The position numbers were made by a program, and so were the translations under genes. The notes beneath the pieces are model-generated. The model saw only the letters and a list, made by a program, of their open reading frames with translations, did not search any database and had not been told where the DNA came from. This document shows, in pieces, positions 53,112 to 63,816 of a stretch of DNA of 64,000 bases. Within the stretch, counting starts at the first letter, position 1. Every line of letters starts with the position of its first letter. Source of the DNA: an uncultured Loktanella sp. (GTDB lineage Bacteria; Pseudomonadota; Alphaproteobacteria; Rhodobacterales; Rhodobacteraceae); assembly GCA_964385035.1 (NCBI GenBank), contig CAYLMZ010000001.1, positions 17,833 to 81,832 of the forward strand, in the 5' to 3' direction.

Positions 53112-53151
53112 TCACTGAAGTAGTTCGAAACGGACGCTACGTTCCGTTCAC

Positions 53152-53181
53152 AAAGAGACCGCCCAAGTGGCGGTCTTTTTT
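53152..53181 (+). terminator. Terminator after ftsZ
   Basis: agaccgcc-caagt-ggcggtct followed by a T-run. Confidence 0.85.
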
Positions 53182-53330
53182 GGTTCTTAATCAATGCATT
53201 ACCGAAATGCTGCACGCGCAGCATTCTCTTTTGCTTCCGATGTTTCAACCCGTCGCAAAGCGTGAGTTGAGACTCAGCACCGTGCCATCTACTTCATTTG
53301 TCAATGTAACAAACAAATGATGCTTTCGCC

Positions 53331-54248
53331 GTGCAAACAACGCTACAGCACAAAATTCTGTTTCAGGGGACCGGCCTTCACACAGGATCACCGGTCTGCA
53401 TGACCGTGCATCCTGCGCCAGCCGGGCACGGCATTGCATTTTGTCGCGTGGACCTGCCAGAGCGTCCAGTTCTCGCAGCCCGCTATGCGGATGTGGTTGT
53501 TTCCCCATTGAATACCCGACTGACAAATGCCGATGGTATCACGGTGTCGACGATCGAACATGTGATGGCTGCGTTGGCTGGTTGCGGTGTGCACAACGCT
53601 CTACTCGAGATTGACGGCCCAGAGGTCCCGATTCTTGACGGCAGTGCGGCACCGTTCGTGCGGGAATTCGTAACGGTCGGATTGCGCCGTCTGTCTGCGC
53701 CATTGCGGGCGATTGAGATTTTGCGCGAGGTACGCGTGAACGAGGGTGAGGCGTTTGCCGCACTCAGCCCTGCCACGAGCCTGCAAATCGACTTTGAAAT
53801 CGAGTTCGCGGATGAGGCGATCGGGCGTCAGAGAAAGACACTCAACATGGCAAACGGCGCCTTTGTCCGCGAGCTATGTGACAGCCGAACTTTCTGTCGT
53901 TCGGCTGATGTTGAAAAGATGCATGCAAATGGTCTTGCGCTTGGCGGCAGCGTTGAGAACGCAGTCGTGGTCGATGGTGCGGAAATTCTCACGCCGGGTG
54001 GTTTGCGTCACAACGACGAGGCTGTTCGCCACAAGATGCTGGATGCTCTTGGCGACCTCTATACTGCTGGTGCACCTATTCTCGGTCAGTATCGCGGCGT
54101 TCGTGCGGGACATGCGCTGACCAATAAGTTGCTACATGCCTTGTTTGCCGCACCTGATGCGTGGCGGTGGGTGGAATGCGACCACAAGATCGCGGCGCGG
54201 CTGCCGGGGGTCGGGGTGAACAGCGCTGATCTTGAAGCGGTTGCTTAG
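53331..54248 (+). CDS. lpxC: UDP-3-O-acyl-GlcNAc deacetylase
   Basis: GLHTG, TIEHVMAAL, PILDGS, RTF and HKMLDALGDL motifs. Confidence 0.96.
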   Translation: MQTTLQHKILFQGTGLHTGSPVCMTVHPAPAGHGIAFCRVDLPERPVLAARYADVVVSPLNTRLTNADGITVSTIEHVMAALAGCGVHNALLEIDGPEVPILDGSAAPFVREFVTVGLRRLSAPLRAIEILREVRVNEGEAFAALSPATSLQIDFEIEFADEAIGRQRKTLNMANGAFVRELCDSRTFCRSADVEKMHANGLALGGSVENAVVVDGAEILTPGGLRHNDEAVRHKMLDALGDLYTAGAPILGQYRGVRAGHALTNKLLHALFAAPDAWRWVECDHKIAARLPGVGVNSADLEAVA

Positions 54249-54378
54249 CCCATCACAATGCATTGACGACTGCGGTGCCTGAAAAGGCATTTTGCCCTCG
54301 ATTTTTCTATGCTAGACCCCCACTTATGCGCAGGCGGTCTGAACTGCCGATGCAAATGGTGTGAGTGAGGCCCGGCAG

Positions 54379-55227
54379 ATGTCCCTAATTCGAAACCTGA
54401 CAAAGCGTTCTGCGGCGCGTGCAACAGCAATTGTCGGCATTGCCGTTCTGGCGGCCTGTGGGAGCCTTGATAGCGGCCCACCGGTTGAAGAGTTAACGCC
54501 TGCCCAGATTTTCGCGCGTGGCGAAAGCCAGCTATCGGCGGGGCAGGCAGATGATGCGGCGATCACCTTTGGAGAGATCGAAAGGCTTTACCCTTATTCA
54601 GAGCTGGCTGAGCGCGCGCTGATCATGCAGGCATTCTCGTATCATCGTGACGCAGATTTTCCCAGCAGCCGCGCCACAGCACAGCGGTATCTGGATTTCT
54701 ATCCGGCCCAATCTGACGCACCCTATGCGGCCTATCTATTGGCGCTGTCATACTACGACCAGATTGATGAGATTGGTCGCGATCAGGGGCTGACCATTCA
54801 GGCGTTACAGGCGCTGCGCCGCGTGATCGAACAATATCCGGGGACAGAATATGCTGAGCTGTCGGCGCAGAAATTCGATCTGGCGTTTGATCATCTGGCC
54901 GCCAAAGAGATGGAGATTGGCCGCTTTTACCTCAAACGTGGCAATTATGTTGCCGCATCCAATCGCTTCCGCACAGTGGTCGAGGATTTTCAGACGTCCA
55001 CACACACGCCAGAAGCGTTGCATCGACTCGTCGAAAGTTACTTGTCGCTTGGATTGGTGGATGAGGCGCAGACCGCAGGTGCTATTCTGGGCGTGAATTA
55101 CCAGTCCAGTGAATGGTATGAGGCAAGCTTTGCGCTTTTGACAGGGCAGGGACTTGGTGCAAGTGCCACGGGCAACAACTGGTTGTCGTCGATCTATCGA
55201 CAGGTTGTACGTGGCGAGTGGCTTTGA
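54379..55227 (+). CDS. bamD: Outer membrane assembly lipoprotein BamD
   Basis: LAACG lipobox, TPR repeats, RDQ and KEMEIGRFY; between lpxC and recN. Confidence 0.93.
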   Translation: MSLIRNLTKRSAARATAIVGIAVLAACGSLDSGPPVEELTPAQIFARGESQLSAGQADDAAITFGEIERLYPYSELAERALIMQAFSYHRDADFPSSRATAQRYLDFYPAQSDAPYAAYLLALSYYDQIDEIGRDQGLTIQALQALRRVIEQYPGTEYAELSAQKFDLAFDHLAAKEMEIGRFYLKRGNYVAASNRFRTVVEDFQTSTHTPEALHRLVESYLSLGLVDEAQTAGAILGVNYQSSEWYEASFALLTGQGLGASATGNNWLSSIYRQVVRGEWL

Positions 55228-55263
55228 CACGTTTGCACAGTTAGAAAACAGCGGGCGAGGGTC

Positions 55264-56919
55264 ATGCTGCGCGGTTTAGATATTCGGGATATGCTGATCA
55301 TTGATCGGTTGGAGCTTGATTTCCAACCGGGTCTCAATGTGTTGACCGGTGAAACTGGCGCGGGCAAATCGATACTCTTGGACGCCTTGGGCTTTGTGCT
55401 GGGCTGGCGCGGACGTGCCGAGCTTGTCCGCCAAGGCGCAGAACAAGGTGAGGTGACAGCCAGTTTCGCCCTGACGTCTGATCATCCCGCGTGTGCAGTT
55501 CTCGATGAGGCTGGCATCCAGTGGGAAGAAGAGCTCATTCTTCGACGCGTCAATAGTAAAGACGGCCGCAAAACAGCTTGGGTGAATGACCGGCGCGTCA
55601 GTGGCGAGGTGCTGCGCCAGCTTTCTGAGACTTTGGTCGAACTCCACGGCCAGCATGACGACCGCGGTCTGCTGAACCCAAGAGGGCACCGGCAGATGCT
55701 GGATAGCTTTGGCGGGCTTGATGAAGATGTTGCGGCGGTCAAGCAGGCCTGGAGAGCATTGGCGGTGGCCAAGACCGCGCTTGTTCAGGCACAGTCACAG
55801 GTGGAAGAGGTCCGTGCTGAGGAAGACTACCTTCGTCACGCCGTTTCGGAACTTGATGCGTTGGCACCTGAAGAGGGTGAAGAAGCGTCACTCGATACCC
55901 AACGACGTCTGATGCAAGCTTCGGAAAGAATCAGAAGTGATATCTCGAAGGCAGCAGAAGCGCTTGGGCTGAATGGGGCCGAGGGCATGATTGGCGATGC
56001 GTCGCGGTGGCTACAAGGCGTGGCTGACGATGCGGAAGGTCGGCTCGACGCCCCTTTGACGGCGCTGGAACAAGTGCTTATGGCCTTGGACGACGCGCAG
56101 CGCGGGGTCAGTGATTGCCTTGATGCGCTATCCTTTAACCCGCATGAACTGGAATACGTGGAAGAACGGCTTTTTGCAATCCGTGGGCTGGCGCGCAAGC
56201 ATGGCGTCTTGCCAGACGATCTTGCTGGCTTTGCAGATGATTTGCGCGGACGCCTTGCCCGACTGGATGAAAGCGCGAGCGATCTTTCGTCGCTAGCGAA
56301 AGCACAGGACGCAGCAGAGCAGGTGTATCAAGGGCTGGCTGCGGCCTTGTCCGAGAAACGCAAAGCCAGTGCGCAGGCCTTGGATCAAGCCATGGCCAAA
56401 GAACTTGCACCTCTCAAGATGGAAAGGGCCGTTTTTGCGACGGCAGTCTCTATAACCGACCCGGGTCCCGATGGTGTGGATGACGTGTCATTTACGGTCG
56501 CCACGAATCCCGGAGCACCGGCAGGTCCACTTAACAAGATCGCATCCGGCGGTGAATTGAGTCGGTTTCTGTTGGCGTTGAAGGTTTGTCTGACCCAGTC
56601 AGTGCAAGGTGTGACGATGATCTTTGACGAGATTGACCGTGGTGTCGGTGGGGCGACTGCCGATGCCGTTGGGCGCCGTCTGGCAGAACTTGCGGAAGGC
56701 GGGCAAGTTCTTGTTGTGACGCATTCTCCGCAGGTGGCAGCACTTGGGGCGCATCACTGGCGTGTTGAAAAGCGTCAGACAGCGCAGGAAACACTTTCAA
56801 CGGTGACAAAGTTGGATGATCCGGCCCGGGTCGATGAAGTTGCAAGAATGCTTTCCGGTGACCGGATTACGCAAGCGGCGAAAGATGCAGCGGACGCGCT
56901 CATCAATCCTGCAAACTAA
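55264..56919 (+). CDS. recN: DNA repair protein RecN
   Basis: TGETGAGKS, HGQHD, ASGGELSR and FDEIDRG motifs. Confidence 0.96.
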   Translation: MLRGLDIRDMLIIDRLELDFQPGLNVLTGETGAGKSILLDALGFVLGWRGRAELVRQGAEQGEVTASFALTSDHPACAVLDEAGIQWEEELILRRVNSKDGRKTAWVNDRRVSGEVLRQLSETLVELHGQHDDRGLLNPRGHRQMLDSFGGLDEDVAAVKQAWRALAVAKTALVQAQSQVEEVRAEEDYLRHAVSELDALAPEEGEEASLDTQRRLMQASERIRSDISKAAEALGLNGAEGMIGDASRWLQGVADDAEGRLDAPLTALEQVLMALDDAQRGVSDCLDALSFNPHELEYVEERLFAIRGLARKHGVLPDDLAGFADDLRGRLARLDESASDLSSLAKAQDAAEQVYQGLAAALSEKRKASAQALDQAMAKELAPLKMERAVFATAVSITDPGPDGVDDVSFTVATNPGAPAGPLNKIASGGELSRFLLALKVCLTQSVQGVTMIFDEIDRGVGGATADAVGRRLAELAEGGQVLVVTHSPQVAALGAHHWRVEKRQTAQETLSTVTKLDDPARVDEVARMLSGDRITQAAKDAADALINPAN

Positions 56920-56921
56920 TT

Positions 56922-56944
56922 GGGCGTCGCTTGACGCGACGCCC
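56922..56944. terminator. GC hairpin after recN
   Basis: gggcgtcgc-ttgac-gcgacgccc; no clear U tract. Confidence 0.5.
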
Positions 56945-57549
56945 TGAACTTGTACCGGTTACCCAGCCCACTCATAAGTCATGCGATGCGGCCACTCACC
57001 TCCGCAAAACATGCAGTTCATTTCCTCGTAAGAGGTTTACTCACATATGTCAGAAAGACATTGTTACCGTTTACATAAGAAACTCTAACAGTTTCTTGAC
57101 CTAAAGGTAACTGGGTGACGCATGTTTCAGCAACCTATACCAAAGTACGTCAACTATGCTGACTTATAACCTTTCGGTTGTGCGCCAATTCCGTGAGTAT
57201 TTTACTCAGACGCTCTTTTTTGACTGGCTCTTGTGCATTTTTTGCAAATTATAAAGGACATCGCATGCCTCCCGTCGGAAGAGCGATACGCCATTGCCAG
57301 CCCCGTGATGTGGAATGTGACGTAGCGTTACGACGTACTGAAGTTGTAGTGAGCAAGGGATTCGTATCGGCACGATCTGACCCAGATGACGAGGGATTCG
57401 TTCACCTGCATGCGACAACAACAAGTGGCAGCGGCGTGCGTGAATGCTCTTGGATCGGCGCAACCTCTACAATAGGCTGGGCATAGCCGCTTGGCCGACG
57501 CGCCTGCATGAGGCGTCATTTGAACCACTAAGCCGATTGTGATCCTTTC

Positions 57550-59238
57550 ATGGGCAAACCGATTAGAGCTCTGATCAAGCAGGGGATCGAGGATACCAGA
57601 TGTGCTTGCCGCGATGCGGCGCAGACCATCAAAACCCATGGCCCGACCCATGTGCAATTCTGGTTTATTGCGTTGGCTATCGGCGTTGCGGCCGGAACTG
57701 TTGCGGTCCTCTTTCGACTGGGGATCTACGCGATCCAAACGACAGCATATGGGACGGATGATGTCCTGACCCTGCATTCCTTTGCAGCGGGGCTTGCATG
57801 GTATCAGATCCTGATCATCCCAATTTGTGGCGGGCTGGCTGTCGGGTTGCTGCTGCATCGGTTTACCGATGATGGACGCGTGCGTTCAGTCGCAGATGTG
57901 ATCGAGGGGGCTGCTCTTTCTGAGGGGCGTGTTGAAGTCAGGCGCGGGCTCGCATCGGCAGCGGCGTCGATGATCACACTGTCCACTGGCGGCTCTACCG
58001 GCCGAGAAGGGCCGGTCGTCCATTTGGCTGCGGTGATTTCGACCGCCGTCTGTCGTTGGATCAACGCAAGTGGTATCACGGGCCGGGATCTCTTGGGCTG
58101 TGCAGTCGCGGCGGCGGTGTCCGCTAGTTTCAACGCGCCCATTGCGGGTGCGCTTTTTGCCTTGGAAGTGGTTCTACGTCACTTCGCTGTGCATGCTTTT
58201 GCGCCTATTGTCATCGCGTCAGCCGCAGGAACTGTGATCAACCGTTTGGTCTTTGGAGACGTGACCGAATTTGCGTTGCCCGTGCAGAACGCTTTGGGCT
58301 TCTATGTCGAGCTTCCAGCCTTTTTGATCCTCGGTTTTGTTTGTGGATTGGTCGCTGTTGCGCTGATGAAGGCGATCTTTTGGGCTGATGACTTCGGAAA
58401 CTATGTGCAGGAAGAAGCCCGCATACCCCGCTATCTCAGACCGGCGATTGCTGGCGCCTTACTTGGTGCAATTGCGATCTGGTTCCCCCACATCATCGGT
58501 GTTGGATATGAGACAACATCTGCGGCTTTGACGGGCAATCTGCTCTTGCACGAGGCGGTTGTCTTTGTGGTCCTCAAGGTCGTTGCCGTTGCGATTACGA
58601 TGGGGGGGCGCATGGGGGGCGGTGTGTTTTCGCCTTCGCTCATGGTTGGGGCATTAACGGGGTTGGCCTTTGGAACGATTGCCACATCAATCTTTCCAAC
58701 CGTATCAGGAAGCGAGACGCTTTACGCATTGGCCGGTATGGGGGCGGTCGCGGCAGCCGTACTGGGTGCGCCGATCTCTACAACGCTGATTGTCTTTGAA
58801 TTGACGGGCGACTGGCAGACAGGCCTTGCTGTGATGGTTGCTGTGTCGATATCGACAGCGCTTTCGTCGCGGATCGTCGACCGGTCGTTCTTCCTGACAC
58901 AGCTTGAGCGGCGCAACGTGCATCTGGCAGCGGGTCCGCAAGCCTACCTGCTGGCGACGTTCAAAGTCTCAAGCATCATGCGCGACATGAAGAGCCCCGA
59001 TGGCGCGGATGAGGATGAATGCTGGGCATTGATGCGCGAGGGGCTCTATGTGGATGGGAACGCAACGCTTGAGCAGGCAATGCCGATCTTTGAACGTGCA
59101 AGCCCGCGTTTCATCCCCGTAGTGACCCTCGGGGCCGAAGACAGCCCGCCTGAACTCTGGGGTGCTCTATTTCAAGTCGATGCGTTGAGGGCCATGAACA
59201 GGGCCTTGGCGGCGACTGCCGCCGAAGAGCACTCCTAG
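57550..59238 (+). CDS. ClC-family chloride channel/transporter
   Basis: GREGP, FNAPIAG and GGVFSP motifs; many TM segments; degenerate CBS-like tail. Confidence 0.92.
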   Translation: MGKPIRALIKQGIEDTRCACRDAAQTIKTHGPTHVQFWFIALAIGVAAGTVAVLFRLGIYAIQTTAYGTDDVLTLHSFAAGLAWYQILIIPICGGLAVGLLLHRFTDDGRVRSVADVIEGAALSEGRVEVRRGLASAAASMITLSTGGSTGREGPVVHLAAVISTAVCRWINASGITGRDLLGCAVAAAVSASFNAPIAGALFALEVVLRHFAVHAFAPIVIASAAGTVINRLVFGDVTEFALPVQNALGFYVELPAFLILGFVCGLVAVALMKAIFWADDFGNYVQEEARIPRYLRPAIAGALLGAIAIWFPHIIGVGYETTSAALTGNLLLHEAVVFVVLKVVAVAITMGGRMGGGVFSPSLMVGALTGLAFGTIATSIFPTVSGSETLYALAGMGAVAAAVLGAPISTTLIVFELTGDWQTGLAVMVAVSISTALSSRIVDRSFFLTQLERRNVHLAAGPQAYLLATFKVSSIMRDMKSPDGADEDECWALMREGLYVDGNATLEQAMPIFERASPRFIPVVTLGAEDSPPELWGALFQVDALRAMNRALAATAAEEHS

Positions 59239-59576
59239 ACTTTTTCGACGGCGACTTTGTTCGTGTAAAATGCAATGTGCCCAGCGATTTCGCTGACGGC
59301 TTCGATCGGGTTCTCATAGGACCAAGCGGCGTTGGCGATCGGGCCACTCTTTGCCACGATGCTGAAATAGCTCGCGTCGCCCTTGTAGGGGCAAGTCGAA
59401 GTCGTATCGGTGGGATCAAGGAATGCCATCGCAAGGTCGCTGCGTGGGAAATAGATGACCGGCGGGTAGTCACCTTCGGTCAGTTCCAGAGCCTGCGTGC
59501 TTTCGCCCAGAACAGCCCCACCTGCGCGCACAACCCATGTGCCCGTTGCTGGGCGGATTTTGATGTGATCGGCCAT
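59235..59576 (-). CDS. DUF427 family protein
   Basis: YFPRSDL, TCPYKGDASY and AWSY motifs. Confidence 0.9.
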   Translation of the reverse strand: MADHIKIRPATGTWVVRAGGAVLGESTQALELTEGDYPPVIYFPRSDLAMAFLDPTDTTSTCPYKGDASYFSIVAKSGPIANAAWSYENPIEAVSEIAGHIAFYTNKVAVEKV

Positions 59577-59639
59577 GTCAGTCATTCCTTATCGTCAGTG
59601 CTATCCGGGCGAGTATCGCCACAAAGCAACAGTCATATG

Positions 59640-61424
59640 TCAAAGCGGTGCGCAGGCCTGTGACAACCAGTCCGCCGTTTCAGCATCGACCCGCGATGCC
59701 AGAAGCGCAAATGTATCCGCATGATAGTGATCAATCCACCCCCGTTCTGCCTGTGACAGCAGCGTGGTATCAATCAAGCGGCGATCAAGTGGAACATAGG
59801 TGAGCGTCTCAAAGTGCAGCATATCTCGTGCGTCACCGTCCTCAAGCACAGGCGCTTTGGCCACAACGATCAGATTTTCGATCCGGATCCCAAATGCGCC
59901 TTCACGGTAATAGCCCGGCTCGTTGGACAGGATCATGCCTTCTTCAAGGGCTACCTTAGACCGGCGTGAAAGGCCCTGAGGGCCTTCATGGACGCTCAGA
60001 TAGCTGCCGACACCATGCCCTGTCCCATGATCATAGTCTTGACCGGCCATCCATAGAGGCGCGCGGGCAAGGGCATCGAGGTGCTGCCCCCCAATCCCAT
60101 GCGGAAAGCGGATGCGGCTGATTGCAATCATGCCTTGCAGAACCCGTGTGTAGCAGCGTTGCTCTTCTTTGCCAGCGGGTCCAATCGCGATTGTGCGCGT
60201 AATGTCCGTGGTGCCGTCGATGTATTGGCCACCACTGTCGACCAGCAACAGTTCGCCTTGATTGACGGGACGGTTTGTTTCTTCTGTGACACGGTAATGC
60301 ACGATGGCACCGTTCGGTCCGGCACCGCAGATTGTCTCAAAGCTGATATCGCGCAGCGCGTTCGTCTCGCGGCGGAACCCTTCAAGTCCTTTGACCACGT
60401 CAATTTCTGTCAGCGCGCCCTTTGGTGCTTCGCGGTCGAGCCATGCCAAGAAGCGGACCATGGCAACCGCGTCGCGTTCATGTGCGGCACGTGCACCTGC
60501 GACTTCGGCCTCATTCTTGCGCGCTTTGGGCAGGACACAGGGGTCCTGGCCCTTGATGATGTCGCTGCCTGCCGCTTGCAACAGTGTCACCACGTGGTCC
60601 GGACAGCTTTGGCGATCGACAAGAATGCGGCCCCTCAGATCGGACAGCGCTGCATCAAACGCTGTAACATCATGGCAATGCACATCTGTGCCCAGATGGT
60701 CGTCGAGTTGGTCGACCTTGCCCGGCCCCGCAAATAGATCGACCACACCCGATCCATGGAGAATGGCAAAGGCCTGTGGAACAGGATTGCGCTCAATATC
60801 GGAACCGCGAATGTTCAGGAGCCAAGCAATGCTGTCTGGGAGCGTGATGACTGCAGCATCGGCATCAAGAGCTTCTGCGAGACGTTTGCGCTTGCTGTCG
60901 TGAGTCTCACCAGCATGTTCCAAGGGTTGCACTGCAAATGGCTGCGCCGGTGCAGGGGGTTGATCATGCCAGATCCGGTCAATCAGATTGGGGGATGCAA
61001 CAAAGGAAAGGCCCGGACATGCGGACCGCAATGTCGCGATTTCAGCAGCGGTATGCAGCCAAGGATCATAGGCAACACGCGCGCCCTCGGCGCAATTCTC
61101 TTTCAACCAATCGGCCAACTGCACCTCTGGCCAATTAACGGGCGTGAAGTCGCGCGCGACTTGTGAGCGGACCTGCAGCCGATACCGGCCATCCACAAAG
61201 ATTGCCGCTGTGTCGCGCATCACGACACAAAAACCCGCCGACCCCGTAAACCCTGTCAACCAGGCCAGTCGTGCATCCCTTGGGGCCACATATTCGCCTT
61301 GATGGGCATCTGCGCGCGGCACAAGGAAGACGTCAACATGGGCGGCTGCCATGACCTCGCGCAAATCAGCAAGACGCGGCGGCCCTTGTTCTGGAGAGGA
61401 TGTCACCTCAAACGTTTGAAACAT
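59640..61424 (-). CDS. Xaa-Pro aminopeptidase (aminopeptidase P, M24)
   Basis: DAHQGEY, GFTGSAG, DSGGQY..GTTDITRT, HGTGHG and NEPGYY motifs. Confidence 0.93.
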   Translation of the reverse strand: MFQTFEVTSSPEQGPPRLADLREVMAAAHVDVFLVPRADAHQGEYVAPRDARLAWLTGFTGSAGFCVVMRDTAAIFVDGRYRLQVRSQVARDFTPVNWPEVQLADWLKENCAEGARVAYDPWLHTAAEIATLRSACPGLSFVASPNLIDRIWHDQPPAPAQPFAVQPLEHAGETHDSKRKRLAEALDADAAVITLPDSIAWLLNIRGSDIERNPVPQAFAILHGSGVVDLFAGPGKVDQLDDHLGTDVHCHDVTAFDAALSDLRGRILVDRQSCPDHVVTLLQAAGSDIIKGQDPCVLPKARKNEAEVAGARAAHERDAVAMVRFLAWLDREAPKGALTEIDVVKGLEGFRRETNALRDISFETICGAGPNGAIVHYRVTEETNRPVNQGELLLVDSGGQYIDGTTDITRTIAIGPAGKEEQRCYTRVLQGMIAISRIRFPHGIGGQHLDALARAPLWMAGQDYDHGTGHGVGSYLSVHEGPQGLSRRSKVALEEGMILSNEPGYYREGAFGIRIENLIVVAKAPVLEDGDARDMLHFETLTYVPLDRRLIDTTLLSQAERGWIDHYHADTFALLASRVDAETADWLSQACAPL

Positions 61425-61436
61425 CAGGCAGCCCTC

Positions 61437-61468
61437 TTCTTTCTCCCAAGAAACTCCCGCCGGAGGCA
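61437..61468 (+). repeat. REP-like repeat, identical inverted copy of 42482-42513
   Basis: ttctttctcccaagaaactcccgccggaggca. Confidence 0.9.
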
Positions 61469-61494
61469 TCCACCGAGAGCAACTATCTCCAACG

Positions 61495-63375
61495 CTAGCC
61501 AGCTTTGCGCATCCCCATGACACGTGCGCGCTTGCGCGGATCGCTGTCAAACAGGCTCGCAAGCTGTTCAGTCATCGCGCCTGCAAGCTGTTCCACGTCT
61601 GTGATTGTGACCGCGCGCTCATAATAGCGGGTTACATCGTGGCCGATCCCGATGGCGACCAATTCGACCGCTTTGCGTTTCTCGACCATCGCGATCACAT
61701 CGCGAAGATGTTTTTCAAGGTAGTTCGCGGGATTGACCGACAATGTGGAATCGTCCACGGGCGCACCATCGGAAATCACCATCAGGACCTTGCGCTGTTC
61801 GGGGCGCGCCGCCATGCGGCGATGTGCCCATTCAAGCGCTTCTCCGTCGATGTTTTCCTTCAGCAACCCTTCTTTCATCATCAGTCCCAGATTTGGACGC
61901 GTCCGACGCCATGGCGCATCTGCTGACTTGTAAATGATATGACGCAAGTCGTTCAGGCGGCCCGGGGTGGCTTCGCGCCCCTCCGCCAGCCATTTTTCGC
62001 GCGATTGCCCGCCTTTCCACGCCTTTGTCGTAAAGCCAAGAATCTCGACTTTGACATCGCAACGTTCCAGTGTGCGGGCCATGACATCGGCGCAGATCGC
62101 AGCAATCGAAATCGGACGCCCGCGCATCGAGCCTGAGTTATCCAGCAACAAGGTGACAACCGTATCGCGGAAATCGGTATCTTTCTCGACTTTGAACGAC
62201 AGCGGGGTCGTGGGCGAAGCCACAATCCGTGCCAGCCGTCCAGCGTCAAGGATACCCTCTTCGCGGTCAAACTCCCAGCTCCGGTTTTGCTGGGCTTGCA
62301 GACGCCGCTGGAGTTTATTCGCCAGACGCGACACGGCCCCTTTGAGCGGCTCAAGTTGCTGATCAAGGTAGGCGCGCAGGCGTTCCAGTTCGACAGGCTC
62401 TGCCAGATCTTCGGCGGCGATCTCTTCGTCAAACTCGGTTGTTGAGACCTTGTAGTCCGGATCAGCGTCCGAGATCGGCTGCGGGGCAGGGGGCTCAAGC
62501 GGGGCTTCGCCTTCTGGCATCTCTGCCTCTTCACCCATTTCCGCATCTGCCTGATCATCCATGCTGACCTGGGCTTGGCTGGCGTCTTGAGTTTCTTCCT
62601 GACTTTGCTCGGGCGTGCCTTCGGCGTCCTCTCCCTCGCTATCGTCCTGACCGGTGCTGTCTGGTTCTTCCTGCTGGTCGTCGGAGCCTTCCTCGGCTTC
62701 GTCTTCCATGTCATCATCCAGCGTATCGGGATCATCACCAAGCTGATCGCCATATCCCATGTCACTGATCATTTGCCGCGCAAATTTGGCAAAAGCCTGT
62801 TGGTCGTTCAGGGTTTCTTCAAGGCTGTCCAACGTGCCGCCGCAATGATCCTCGATAAAGCCGCGCCAGAGCTCCATCACGTTTTCTGCGCCTTTGGGAA
62901 GATCGCGGCCAGTGGCCAAATTGCGGATCAAATAACCCGCTGCAACAGCGAGCGGCGCATCTGACGCCTGATTGATCTGGTCATAGCCTTTCCGCATGGC
63001 CTCTGACTCGATCTTTGCATCAATGTTCCCGGCCGTGCCGGGCATATACTGTGCGCCGACAGCTTCGATCCGCGCCGTCTCCATCGCTTCATACAAATCC
63101 TGTGCCATCTGGCCTTGTGGCATGTATTTCGCAGAGACTTTTGGATCATGAAACTTGTGGCGCAGGGCGAATGCGTCAGCGGTGCCGCGCGCCAGTAGAA
63201 CCTCATCACGAGACATCCGCCGCGAGACTTGCGGCAAGCGGATCGTGTCCGACGTCTGCCCCGCCGGATCAACCGAATAGGTTACGGCCAGCTCCGGGTC
63301 ATCGGCCATGACTTTCGTGGCCTCAGCGAGAGCCTTTTTGAACGGATCAGCCGGATTGTCAGACGGTTTATTCAT
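61495..63375 (-). CDS. cobT: Aerobic cobaltochelatase subunit CobT
   Basis: Acidic linker, vWA motif [20 protein letters not shown] and [11 protein letters not shown]. Confidence 0.95.
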   Translation of the reverse strand: MNKPSDNPADPFKKALAEATKVMADDPELAVTYSVDPAGQTSDTIRLPQVSRRMSRDEVLLARGTADAFALRHKFHDPKVSAKYMPQGQMAQDLYEAMETARIEAVGAQYMPGTAGNIDAKIESEAMRKGYDQINQASDAPLAVAAGYLIRNLATGRDLPKGAENVMELWRGFIEDHCGGTLDSLEETLNDQQAFAKFARQMISDMGYGDQLGDDPDTLDDDMEDEAEEGSDDQQEEPDSTGQDDSEGEDAEGTPEQSQEETQDASQAQVSMDDQADAEMGEEAEMPEGEAPLEPPAPQPISDADPDYKVSTTEFDEEIAAEDLAEPVELERLRAYLDQQLEPLKGAVSRLANKLQRRLQAQQNRSWEFDREEGILDAGRLARIVASPTTPLSFKVEKDTDFRDTVVTLLLDNSGSMRGRPISIAAICADVMARTLERCDVKVEILGFTTKAWKGGQSREKWLAEGREATPGRLNDLRHIIYKSADAPWRRTRPNLGLMMKEGLLKENIDGEALEWAHRRMAARPEQRKVLMVISDGAPVDDSTLSVNPANYLEKHLRDVIAMVEKRKAVELVAIGIGHDVTRYYERAVTITDVEQLAGAMTEQLASLFDSDPRKRARVMGMRKAG

Positions 63376-63450
63376 GCCACTTCCCTTCGTTGAGTGGCAA
63401 ACTAGAACTCAGCACCGTCAATGACCAGTGGGTGAAGCGAGGAAACCTGC

Positions 63451-63816
63451 CTACTCGTCTTCAAATTCGGCTGCCTCAAAGGTAATTCCAGCCTCTGGAG
63501 CGATTTCAAATGGTTCTTCGGCAAGCTGATGCAAATGTGTGAGTTGCGCCGCACCGGGCACCAACGCGCCAGTCTCATCGACAAAGGCAAGACGCGGACG
63601 ATAGGTCTTGCCACCCAAGGTGATTTCACCCTCATCAAAAAGATAAGCCAACTCGGTGACGATGCCCTCGACATTAGCCTTGGCTATGTCCTCTCCCATG
63701 TTTTCCGCGAAAAGTGGCAAGAGGGCATGTGCGATCAATGTGGTCGCCGATTCTGCGAGGTCCTCATGGCTGACCTGATAGTCATCAGGCAGCGGGGTGC
63801 CAATATTCATCTTCAT
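63451..63816 (-). CDS. Acidic hypothetical protein
   Basis: 121-aa ORF with AGGAG RBS and host-like codon use. Confidence 0.7.
   Translation of the reverse strand: MKMNIGTPLPDDYQVSHEDLAESATTLIAHALLPLFAENMGEDIAKANVEGIVTELAYLFDEGEITLGGKTYRPRLAFVDETGALVPGAAQLTHLHQLAEEPFEIAPEAGITFEAAEFEDE

Noticed and set aside
53189-53201. IHF consensus match (aatcaatgcatta) before lpxC
   Set aside because: Single short degenerate match with no supporting context.
55235-55249. LexA box before recN (gcac-N7-aaac)
   Set aside because: Two mismatches to GAAC-N7-GAAC; too weak to call.
57068-57095. dif-like site (TTATGTAAAC on the minus strand resembles a XerD arm)
   Set aside because: The would-be XerC arm (gaaactgttag) does not match, and GC skew cannot be assessed here.
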